In this document: in pieces, positions 49,147-60,332 of the stretch
Layout of the letters: the number at the start of each line of letters is the position of its first letter
How positions within the stretch are numbered: the first letter of the stretch is position 1
Assembly: GCA_907165135.1 (NCBI GenBank)
Contig: OU015569.1
Span: forward strand, 12,648,001 to 12,712,000
DNA length: 64,000 nucleotides
Direction of reading: 5' to 3'
Source: Oikopleura dioica
Taxonomy: Eukaryota; Animalia; Chordata
Program-made: the position numbers and the translations under genes
Notes under the pieces: generated by a model
What the model saw: only the letters and a program-made list of their open reading frames with translations
What the model was told of the DNA's origin: nothing
Database searches by the model: none

Positions 49147-50709
49147 ATATTCTCTGAAAATTTCGCTTCGCTTCGCTTTCGCTTTTGAAATTTCGATTCG
49201 CTTTCGCTATAAATTTTTGAAAAATTTTCGCTATCGCTTTTCATTATTGGCCAAAATCCAGACCCCTGCTCGCAAAGAATAAAGATATGAGAACGAGATA
49301 CATAATCTCCGTAGACTTCGCCTATTTGCTCGCCATGAGAAAAGGCAGGAGACCCAGCATCTACGAAAAAGTGATAGAACACAGCGAGCATTTTCAACAA
49401 CTCCAACTCAAAACTTACATAAACAGACGCTACTTCTAAATTTGCTCCCTCTCCTCGCGAAACCCATCTTCTGATAACTTTCTCGACCTGTCCTTTCGTG
49501 AACAATGCTGAAATCGATCCATTTTGGTTCTCCGTCTTTTTCTGGTTTCTGATCGTAATGCTCAATTCCTATTTTCAATAAATACTCTCTTCCCTCTGTA
49601 ACTCCAATCGCAATTTTCTTCCTCTCTTCCAAATTCAACTCGTCATTTTTCAATTTGCTTCTCAAATCTGAGTCGCATTTCTCCATAATCGTGATCCAGC
49701 CAAGACAGTCTTCTTTCTCCAAGTCGCTGCTCAAGAAGACTTCGATGTTGCAGAAATTTTTGATCACGTTTTTGTGAAAAGGTATCACTCGAGCGTCGTT
49801 CTTTTGGAATTCGGCGACTCCGTATTCTTAAACAAATGAAAAATAATTTTAAGAATAAAATTACCTTTCGAAAGATGAATTTTAAACTCCATCTCCTCAT
49901 CCCCCGTAAACAGGGCCGGATCAAAAGCCTGAATGCGAACCGCAACATCTATTTTTCCGAATTTCTCTTTCAAAACAATCGCTTCTCCTCCAGCTGAAAT
50001 TAATTCAAAAGATTCATCGAGAATCCATTCTCCGAGTTCTTCTTTTAATTCCGATTTTTGAATTTTTCGTCCTTCGAGGCCTAGATTTTTCGAAAGGATC
50101 ATTCTTTGAAATGAAGTTATTCCCCATTCTTCCTGAAATTTGCCGCCCCATTTGTCAGATGCAAACACCTTTCCTTTTCCATGTTCGAAAATGACCTCGT
50201 CCCATTCAGCACATAAATCATCTTCAAACTGCATTCTGTCAATCGACAAAATCAACCTGTCCAAATCATCTCTGCTCGTTTTTCTCTTCAATTTCTTTTG
50301 AAACTCTTCCAGCCATTTTTCAACAGCTTCTCTTGTCAGTTCTTCTGGATGCGTCCGTACGTCCTCGTAATTATAAGACTCATTAAATTCTTGAGTAATC
50401 TTGTCCATTTTTTCTCTTCCAAAAGTGATGATTTCTCGAAAGACGTTAAAATAATTAACAAAAAGAAAAACAGTTATATTTTTGAAATGATGATCGACTC
50501 GCTGGTTTTACGCGCAAATCATAAAACTCTTTCGATTACGCTTTTTGGGTCAATTTTAACGATCTCACCGACGAGCAAAATGCGCTGATTATCGCCGACA
50601 GCGGTTCTTTTCGTTGTTGTCAACGACTCGTCGAGTCAGGCGTCAATCGCTAGAATCTTCGATAGAGCATAAATGTTTTTGTAAATGTTATTTTCAAGAA
50701 AGAGAAAAC

Positions 50710-51591
50710 ATGAGCTCGCGTCGAGAATCTTCCAAAAAGCACTTCCGCGATTCCTCTTCTCGACGAAGAAATCGTTCTCGTTTTCGACGTAGTCCTTCTC
50801 GAAATAGGACCAGAGGACCATCAGTGATGGTCCATCACCTAGAAAAAATGAAAAAAAGCAAGAAAATCGCCAGCTTGCAAGGGAGAAAAATGAAATAAAA
50901 GAGACGTTTTTGGACAAGAAACTCGAAGAATATTCGATAAAAGCGGACCCCGACGTGAGAGAAAAGACCGATATCTTCTCGGACAAATTCGACCCCATGG
51001 CGTTTCTTTACAGTGACGTGGATCCTCCGCACTTTGACCAGCAAGCACCCGCTGCCGATTGCGTCGAAATGCTGCTCGCCAAGTGGGATCGCGAAGACGG
51101 ACTTGTAATAGGTACTCAATTACTTTAGCGGTCTTTGCTTATTCACTTTTTCCGAAAAGATGAAAACGTCGGAAAGAAGAAAAGAGGATGGAAGAAGGAG
51201 CTAAGAAAGATGGAAATCAAGACCAGAGATGTCGCAAAGCTCAGGTACAGTCGCCTGAAAAATTCAATTAACGATATCTACCCCCTTAAAATTATTATAC
51301 TCTGTATTTCAGAAATAAATTGATTTTTTCAAATGAATATTCAGAGAGATGTCAAACGAAGCAAAAAGAGCAAAGCAAGAAGAAAAACTCAAAAATCAAA
51401 AACGTCAAGAATTCGAAGAAAACTCTTCGGACAGCGATGAAGTTGACTTGGACAAACTGGCTTGGAAAATGACCGGCGAAAGTCTCCCGCAGCAAAGATG
51501 GGAGGAGCTCTATGGAAGGAAAAATAAAGAAGACATTTTTGAAGAAAAGAAAATGGCGGGAAGAAGAAAATTTCGAAGATTTAGGAAATAA
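50710..51591 (+). CDS. RS-rich basic protein with an LSM11-N-terminal-like motif and no Sm fold
   Basis: DIFSDKFDPMAFLYSDVDPPH..AP resembles the LSM11 DVSS..FDPLLALY..P motif. GT-AG introns at 51112-51159 and 51245-51344. Frame change near 50824. Confidence 0.6.
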
Positions 51592-51734
51592 AGATACAAT
51601 ATTAGCATTTCTTCTGAAACCTGACCTGAATTATTTTTGTAATTAATTTTAATCCACTATTATTCGAATTGCGGCTACCACTGTTGCAAATAATAATAAA
51701 TTAAGCTACTCAAATTTTATTCTTTTGCGATTTT

Positions 51735-54700
51735 TAGACAAGGAAGGTTGCAACTAGAATCGGTAGAGGACCAATTCTTCCGTAATATTGCTGGAATTGG
51801 TATGATACCAAACCCTTTCTCTGTTAGAGATTAGGATAAGGGGGCTGAGAGTAGCCAAATTGTCAAAAGAATTGGTCCCGTACCGGGAGTACTCGTTGCG
51901 GCGCTGGTCCCGCGAGTCTACCATCGCTCGTGACGCGGACCTCGACTTTGTAGTTCTTTTCGCCGATTTCTTTGCAGACAAAATCGCTGGGAATGAGACC
52001 CTCGAGAACTGCGAAAACTGCTTCTTCTGTTGGAGCCGCTTTCAAAACGAATAAGTATTTGGCAAAGAAAAGGGGATTCTTGTCATGGCAGGGTTGAAAA
52101 TTTCGCGGAGGGTTGAAAATAGTGTTTACTAATTAAAACATTTTTTATTAAAAAAGTGATCATAAAAGCACAGATAAAGTGAGAACAGAGATTACACTTG
52201 TCGTCTTTTTATGATTGGTTTTATAAAAAAATCCATTTATGAGGATCAAATTTCGTCGATATAAGCCAAACGATGACCCCATTTTTTTCATTGAAACCCT
52301 ACATGCAGAGTATTTCTTATACCTTCCGAAGGCCTTTTTGAAAATATGACACTTTTTTTTTGAATCTCAAAATATACACATTTATTCATTTTGTATTTAC
52401 AGATTGTTTTCTAGTCTGCCGCATCATAAATAAAAAAAAATCAAAGCAGCTCGACGTTTGGTTTTTTCTGTCGAATGATGTCATCGCCAGAACCAGGAAC
52501 TTTCAGGTTTCAATAAAAAGTCTTACTTCTACACAAGGTTGATGGAAGTTAAATTTCTAAATCGCTGTTTGAAACTTTACTGATGAAGCAAAATACTCGA
52601 TGGAGTATGCTTTTGCAACAAATTCCTTTCCAAGCTCCAGGCGCCGGTGGACCAGCCAACAGCTTACAAGGAAACTTTCTAGGGATAGCCTGGTTCGCGT
52701 CTTTATCCGACTTGTTTTTCATGACTCTGAAAGACAATTATATAATCATTTTGATGATCAATGAACATGGAACCTGTGTAGAAAACCTGACTCAGGGTTT
52801 GGAAGATCTCCAATCAAAAAGCGCTACGCGGCTTGTATCAAAGATATTTCAGAACCCTGACTGAGGTTTTCGATACAGGTTGATTAGACTGTACTTGTTA
52901 GATTCTATTTTCCAACCTTTACTGTACTTAGCGCCTATTCTTTCGGGCACACACGTGTCTTCGCCCGCAGTAGCAGCCCGAAGCAACAGTATTGAATATT
53001 CCAAATGCATGAGTTCTGGTTAAATACTTAATTGAAATTGCCGGAGCGCAGTTCTAGCGCCTGAATATTTAAAAGCGCTCGCCCTAGCTACGTGTATACG
53101 GTTTTGTCTCGCTTCAATAAATTATATTCAGTTATCTTGCTGGCGTTTAATCTCATGACATAATGTTGCTCGCCATTTTAGGTACAAAACGCGGGGAGGT
53201 GTCTGGAACCGACAACTAATTTCGACAAATTTTGCGTCGGAATTTTCAACCAATCAGAAGCCTGGATTCGGCTTACCGGCCAATCAGGAGATGAGTAGCC
53301 GCCTACGCGAAATTTTTCGAAATTTTTTGTCGGTTCCAGACACCATCCCCAAAACGCGCCAGCCTGTGTAGAAACCTGAGTATGGCCCCTGAAAGAACTC
53401 CAATGTGAAGCAGTGTTACGGCTGTGTCAGCAACCTATCTAGAAAACCTGAGTCAGGGTTAACCTTACCACCACAAACGGGAATTTCACCCCCCGACCAC
53501 AATGTGCCATATATGGCACATCGCCTTTATTGGCAATAAATTATTGCCCTCTAGAGGCTGTTTTATAAACCGAACCCGAGTCTTATCCTGACCCCGAACC
53601 GAAAGCAGACTCTGGAACAGAATTTGAGCCCTAATTCGAACTAAAATTCTAACCCAAACCTGAATAAAATTTCCCGAAAAAATGCAAAATTTTGCCGACT
53701 GAAGATATCCTACCGACCACAATGTGCCATATATCATATATGATATATGACACATCACCTCTACCGCCTTCTAGAGGCCGTTTTATTTGTCGAACCCGAA
53801 CCTTAATCTAAGCCCAAGCCCAAATCAGAATCCGAACCCGAAATAAGACGCAGAGACATACCCAAACTCGAACCACAACCCAGAAAGTCAATAGCTTCTC
53901 CGGCGGAAAAAAGGCCCCCCGACCAAAATGTGCCAGATATGGCACATTTTGAATGCATTTGTGTGCCATATATGACACAAGTGTAGCGAAGCTAGATTCG
54001 CTTTTCTGATGCATTTGTAGCGAAGCAGCGGTCATTAAGGGTATACCACGTGAAAGGTTGGCGAAAAGTAGGGCCTAAAAGGGGGGTCGGCGAAATTCTC
54101 AAGTCAAGTTAAAAATGAGTTACGGGCCTTTTTATGCCTTGGTGCCATATATGGCGCACTTGTGGTCGTAAGGTTAAGAAGTGTTTTCGAACTCTGACTC
54201 AGGTTTTTAGACAGGTTGCCGAGGCAAGCTTTAGAATAATTAAGAAAATAGATTGAGATAGCGATTTTTGACTCAGCTTTCTACACAGGCTCTGGCGCCG
54301 AGGTTAGATAGGTATGAAAGTCGGATTGGAGAGTATGAATTGGCTACCCTGGTTCCTGACGGCGCACAAAATTCCGAGGAGAAAGAAGCAGATCATTATA
54401 AAAATGCGAAATTCGAACTGAAATTCATTTCGGAAGCAGGAATCGACTGGCAGTCGTCCGAGGATGTTTTCTCAAAGGGTCAATAACACACAAACATTTA
54501 CTTGACTTATAATAGAAATCCTACTGTCGGACAATTTCTGAATTTTAAAAAAGTGCTCTTTGATCGACCCGGACCTTCATCGAGCCACAAACTTACCAGG
54601 CGTCAAAATGGAGTAATTTCTAATTTCTGGTAAATAAAGATAAATTCTAAGACACCAAAACTAGGTTTAACAGAGACGCTTTTGTTCGTCGAAAAAGCGT

Positions 54701-55715
54701 CCTGAACGTCGTGTGCTTTCCACTCGCAGCCTTCGAGAGGCGCCTTTTGGTAGATCATCTGGCATCCCTTGTCGCACTCGTTGATCAAGAAACTGCAGAT
54801 TTCTGACTCGTCTTCTTTTAGAATTTTCTCGTACGAAGCTCTACGAAAAATAATCAAAAATGAAAAAAGGTCCAAAACTGGGCTCGGGAACCTGTGTAGA
54901 AATCCTGAGTCAGAATTTGAAGAGTTAAAATGTTTTTTGCGAAGCCGCTTCATTTCAACTCTTCAGAACCTAACTCAGGTTTTCCACACAGGCTGCCGAG
55001 CCTAGGTCCAAAAGCAATGGAATTTGATTCTGATTACGCTAAATATTCTCTAACAATTTATCTGAAGAATAATTCATCAAAAAGAATGAACGTAGGAAGA
55101 AAAGAATGAGTGCTGATTACCTGGTACAGATTGAACACCTCCTCCTCCGAAGCTCGTTCGTACAAATATTACCAAGGGAAAATTCTTTGACGGATTTACA
55201 AATAGAAAACTTGGCGAAGTTGCAACAAACCCTAACCTAACCGATCTGCTCTGACTCAGGCTGGGATCCGCAGCCTGAGTCAGGATCTCGAAGATCAAAG
55301 CGGCTTCGATTGATTGATGAGTTACTTGAGCCTCGATGCGGCTTTGTTTTCCAAAAAGCCGCTGCGCGGCTTTCTATGAAAAATCTTTTCGAGCTCTACA
55401 TAGGGTTTTTCTACATGTTTCGGAGGCCAGGACTCAGGACTCTACAAAGACTCCCGACCCAAGTTTCGGAGAAAAACATAAACGTTTCTAAGTCTTCTTC
55501 GTTGAAGTTCAACTTGTCTCTTTGGAAAAGAAAATTGCGAATCCGCGGCAAAGAGATAAAGCAAAAAGAGTTTGGTACTCATCGGCGCGGAGAAGGGATG
55601 AAGCTCTGAGCGCAAAGTGCGGCGGCGAATGTGTTGAAGATCCGGAGTCCACGTCAACACAAAATGAAATCGCGTGATCAATATTCCAGTGGAGTCGATA
55701 GCGCCCGGAATGCAT
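51735..55715 (-). CDS. Unknown multi-exon gene or genes; structure unresolved
   Basis: Coding-like exons with splice sites at ~54675-54840 (SYEKILKEDESEICSFLINECDKGCQMIY) and ~51880-52080 (NYKVEVRVTSDG), and a terminal exon ~51735-51821. Confidence 0.4.
53194..53349. mobile_element. MULE-like MITE family C copy
   Basis: Long TIRs; 9-bp TSD CAAAACGCG. Confidence 0.85.
53463..54173. mobile_element. piggyBac-like MITE nested in a family A MITE
   Basis: TTAA|CCTTACCACCACAA ... TTGTGGTCGTAAGG|TTAA; repeated palindrome GTGCCATATATGGCAC and ACCCGA-type hexamer tracts. Confidence 0.85.
54878..55005. mobile_element. hAT MITE family A copy
   Basis: Exact TSD GTCCAAAA. Confidence 0.93.
55261..55430. 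mobile_element. Degenerate hAT MITE family A copy
   Basis: Exact TSD GACTCAGG; eroded TIRs. Confidence 0.75.
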
Positions 55716-56229
55716 AATTGATCCGCCACTGCGTTGATTTTAAACTTTAACTTATTCGAATTTCAATTTAATCGATATCAAGGCGAAACGTAAATCAAAA
55801 CTCGTAATGCGATTTGACACGATCAGCTTTATAAAACAGCCGAAAAACAAGAAACATTCTGAAAACCTGCTTCCTTTCCTGATCGTTTTCCTTAAAAACT
55901 TATATGAATAAGGGGCTCCTCATGCTAACGGCCGAGTTCCAATTTTAAGGATTGAATATTCCTCCAGACTTTGGAAGAATATCTGGTCTAATCTAGACTC
56001 CAGATTCTGGAGCTTTTATAATTGGGAGGTTCAAGAGAAATTAACCCGTTAAAATGGGGACCAATTTTTTCTTATGCTGAGCGAAAATCTTGATTGTTTG
56101 TCAAACGTTTTTTCCTTTTTATTTGAAGTATAAACACAAGGGGCGCAAATTACAGGGTCGTCAAGGGTATTATCATGTAAAGGGAATCTTCTGGAATGTA
56201 CAGTACATATCTCGCTAAGCAAGGTGCTG

Positions 56230-59200
56230 GTTAGTGCTCAAAAGTGTCAATCTGGATGTTGCCAGAATTGCTGACGGCGGTTTTGAACGAATCTATTTTG
56301 GATTCAGCAATTTTTCGCGAAAAAATTGACTTTTAGAAGAATTGTTAATGGAATTGTTGTGAATCCATAACATTGTGATGGAGGTTTTCTTTTTCTCGCG
56401 CTGGTAGACGTTCTTCCCAAGTTGGAGCTGTTTGGCGGCTGAGCTCGAAGGAGCACCACGATTTTGACGGGCCACGTGGTCGAGGCGGTTTGAAAGAAGA
56501 ACTGGCAACGATCTCGGGCCTGAAATCCGTAAAAAAATAGAAAAAATGACCTTAGCTTGCCTGAGTCCGTCGGAGGAACTTCGACCCTCCGCACGACGCA
56601 TCCGGAGGACTTCTTTTGCGGCGCCGCTGGGACTGCAAAATTATTCACTGGCAGCGACTTCGGCTGCTCGTCGCTAATTTTAATCGGCGACAGGGACTCG
56701 TCCAAAGTCGGCTGGGCGATTTGGCTGTCGGGTTGGTACTTGAAGCGGAGATTCGGGTCGACTATCTTTGTCGACGTTCGCAGCGGCGTCGCTCTCGTGA
56801 TGACAGGCTCGGGCGATGGAATGCGGAAGTCGGTTGGGACGAGCTCGATCGTGTCGTCTACTTTTTGATGAAGTCGTCGGTTGTCTCCCCGATATCGTAC
56901 GCGTTCGCCAGCTTTTAAAGGGTACAAATAAAAGCCCTAATTACAATTTTACCTCTTCGCCGTCATTCATCGTATTATCGTCGCTTTCAGCATCAGAATC
57001 TATCCTGAGGATCTGCACGGGCGTAATTGGCGAGTCCAGCTCCTCAAAAGTCATAGGCTTGTCTAAATATCGCGTGTTGGGACGCATTCTGAAATCAAGG
57101 AAGACTCACCCAAACCATTAAAGCGCGGAGTTACGAAGGGACGGGCCGGCATACTCGTCGCCAGCGCGGTTTTCCGTGGCGACTCGATCGAGCTAAATCA
57201 CGTGATTAATTTTAAGCCGTCGCGTGATGGCGCTTTCAGCTCTATTTTTCAAAGGAGCGGTGGGAACCGTTTCCCACGACGAAATATTTTACTTCAAGTC
57301 CAATGGGAATTGTTCGAGTGAGAAATTTCTTGCACTCGATTATTTTTAAGAAAACCTAAAAAAACTGAGTCCGAGTTAGAAAGATTTGTAAGCTTTCCGC
57401 CGCCACGCAGACTTCCCTGACTCAGGCCTTCTACACAGGTTGCCGAGCCAAGACTGTCAAGCCTAAGACTATCAAAATCTACCTTGATCTTTTTGGCTGT
57501 CTCCCGCTGCTAGCAGAGTACACCGATCGTTGCGACATTCTCCGCCGCTCGGCCATGGCCGTCGAGGGTCGTTTCGGCGTGTTTGAGACTTCCGCTGAGC
57601 GGCTGCGTCGTTTTTCTTCCGATTTGCTTCAGCGCCTCCACCAATGTACTGCAACAGTTTCAGTTTGTTTCGGAGAAATTAAAGCTACCTTGGAAGTGAA
57701 AAGCGGAGAAAGCGGCCGCTGCTCGAGGTCGCCGCTAATGTCGAGTTCGCAGTTCTCGTCGGCGAACTTGTCCCACTTGTACAAGTGCTGCTGGTGCTTC
57801 GTCGATGATTTCATCCATTCGAGCATATCCTCTCCGTCCTGGCAGGCGATGACAACGTCGTGTTTCGCGTTTTTCAAGCCAAGGGCATACTGCCGTCTTT
57901 TTAAAAATTCATTATTTGAGTCATTTCATCGAAGTCAACATTTCCCCATTTTATTAGGTGTTCACGGGGGGTGTCCACATTTTAACGGATTTTAGCTCTA
58001 GGTTCGCTACCTGTGTAGAAAAACTGAGTCAGGATCCTGGAAGAGCTAAGCTTTTCATAAGGGCTCTTTCAGGACCCTGACTCAGGTTTTTCACCCAGGT
58101 AATTCAACAGCCAAGTTCTTGTTGGTTCGAATCCGTTAAATTGGGAACACTTAAGAAATATCGTGACTCACCTTCTATCGGATTTCTTGATGATTAGGTC
58201 TCCGGTAAAAGGGACTTCCAGGATGACTTGTGATTTAGATCTTGGGTCGATTTGGCACTTGAAGACTCCATTCTTGAGCGAAGCCCAGACCATTTGCCAG
58301 GTGCCGCTTTGCTCCTTCCAGAGGTGCACGAAGCCCTCATGAATAATTTCCTCGAATACGGATATCCTGCTCAAGTGGGACTCGCCACGTGCCTAGCATT
58401 AACTATTCACCAGCTCCACGTGTTACTCAGTTATCACCCTCTTCTCAGCGTTTTTTCAATGATTCTACTTATTATCTCTTTGCGGGCTTTTTACAGAGAA
58501 TGCCGAGCCCAGATTTCGGAAACTTCCTAAATCATAATTAAAATTATTTGTAGTCACGTGTTTCGAATCCTCTCCTAGAAGCGCAGCAATCAACAGTGCC
58601 ATAAATTCGCGGAATCTTGGGAGCACTGTCTGTCGGCTCAAGAATATGCGTTTGCATCCGACTCGTCAAATCTTTCTTCGTGAGCTTCGCCGACGCCCAT
58701 TTCGAAAACTTCGCAGTTGGCGAAACTGAACCACGAATTTCAGCTGTCATTTCTTACCTTCCATTTACCTGAAGAGAGTTTTTCCTTGAGAGTCAAGTCC
58801 ATTCCGTAAAAGTCGAGGAAGAGCTCGAAATCGGCGGCTACGTTTTCAAAGTGCAATTTCGTCGGAATCTTCAGTTCCGTCACGTCCTTTCCAAAAGTGA
58901 AGAGTTCCGAGTCTTTGACCATCGATCCGATCTTCGCCACAAAGAAACACGCTTTTCTGTAGCTCGTCTTTTTCTTCTCCTTTATATTTTTAGCGCTCAT
59001 GAAGAAGAGGAGGTCTGGAGCTAACCTGTGGGATGAAAGGAACGCACAAATCTTCGAGGACGATGTCGGCGCCGCATTCTTTGTCGACGGATTTGTTCCA
59101 GTTGCTTCTGATCGCCGAAGCGCGCAATTTCGCCGTCCACGAGGTTTTGATCGCCTGGAGGCGCTGGCTCTCCCGCGTCGAGTTTTTAGAAAGCTAGAAA

Positions 59201-59780
59201 ATCCAAAAAATAATCATAAATCAATCACATTTAACTTGTCGTAGGCACTTTTCGTGATGGCAAATTTTATTAATCAGATTAAATTTTATTAATTCATTTC
59301 AATGATTGGGGGTCTATTCATCGACTCAGCCATCGTTTTCTAGCCAATTAAACAACTACGGTCCGGGCTCGGCAACCTGTGTAGAAAACCTGAGTCAGGT
59401 TTTGAGTAGCTAAAATGAAAGGCGGCTTCGCTGATTTTTAAAATATATGATAGTGATTGTGTTGCGGCTTTTCATTTCATTTCTTCAGAACCTGACTCAG
59501 ATTTCTTACACAGGGTAGCAACATGTGATTAAAAACCTGAGTCAGGATTTGAAAAGACTTTGATGAACACTATTTGCTTCATCAGCTTTGAAAATCCCGA
59601 CTCAGGATTTCAACACAGGTTGCGAAGCCCAGCCTTGGATAACTGTAAATTTCCAAATGAAGACTCTACAGTGAATTTCTACTGTATGAAATTATCAAGA
59701 TCGCCTTTTTTTACCTTCAAAAGAGCTTCAGAAACACGAGTCTCTCTCAGCAGAGCCGCTTCTTTGGTGGTTTCACTCAT
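56230..59780 (-). CDS. RTKN: Rhotekin/anillin-family protein (Rho-binding helix, anillin homology, PH domain, long tail)
   Basis: SQRLQAIKT..ECGADIVLEDLCVPF; FENVAADFELFLDFYG; PH HEGFVHLW..WQMVWASLKNGVFKC..EDMLEWMK..HLYKW. C-terminal exon frames are uncertain. Includes a GA-AG intron. Confidence 0.7.
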
Positions 59781-60332
59781 CAAGAATTCGAAATTGAAAC
59801 TAGCTTCTCATAAAAAGTAAAACGTGAAATGAGCTTCTTATGAAATGAAAATCTCCCTGTTTGAGATGGAGAGATTTGTGTGCCTTTTTTGAAAGGTGCG
59901 CGCTGATGCGTAATTGGCCAAATAAAACGTTCTGAATAAAATGGGAAACGAACCAAACTAGGGTCGCCCACCTTAACTCCGCTAGGGTTGACCACTGTAA
60001 AATTTAGCTGGGGCCTAGGCTTGGCAACCTGTGTAGAAAACCTGAGTCAGGGTTCTAAAAGTGCTTTGATTTAAGCCGCGTTGCCGCTTTTTAAAAAACT
60101 AAGCTGCGAGGCGACTTTTATCAACGCAACTTCAGAACCCTGACTCAGGTTTTCGACACAGGTTGCCGAGCCCAGACTTGTTCACCAGGGGTTGGCCTTT
60201 GTCCGTCTTTAACGATCAAGCTTCTTCTGACTCAGAACTTCTGAGGACTGTCGTCAAATTGACATTGTCAAAAAACTACAATATCATTCTTTTTATAAGT
60301 TTGATTTTATTGACAGCAGTACAAAATGACGT

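Larger units (their letters stand above)
47364..49268. mobile_element. Composite non-autonomous TIR element inserted in the kinase exon
   Basis: TIRs CAGGGGTCTGGATT/AATCCAGACCCCTG; 7-bp duplication CTCGCAA; TTCGC subterminal repeats. Removing it restores HIFILCEWKTAWTLL. Confidence 0.9.
46303..50408 (-). pseudogene. Protein kinase-like domain fused to a papain-like domain, interrupted by a transposon
   Basis: Kinase motifs ISAGGEAIV, VAVR, HKNVIK, IMEKCD, HYDQKPE, WIDFS, YAGSP. The expected N-x-L segment after KPE is absent. The exon is split by the element at 47364-49268. C-terminal NQKESDLC..FHQMVL..LQNT. Confidence 0.8.

Noticed and set aside
54268-54486. Protein-like plus-strand ORF
   Set aside because: Starts in a MITE remnant and conflicts with the minus-strand model; unresolved.
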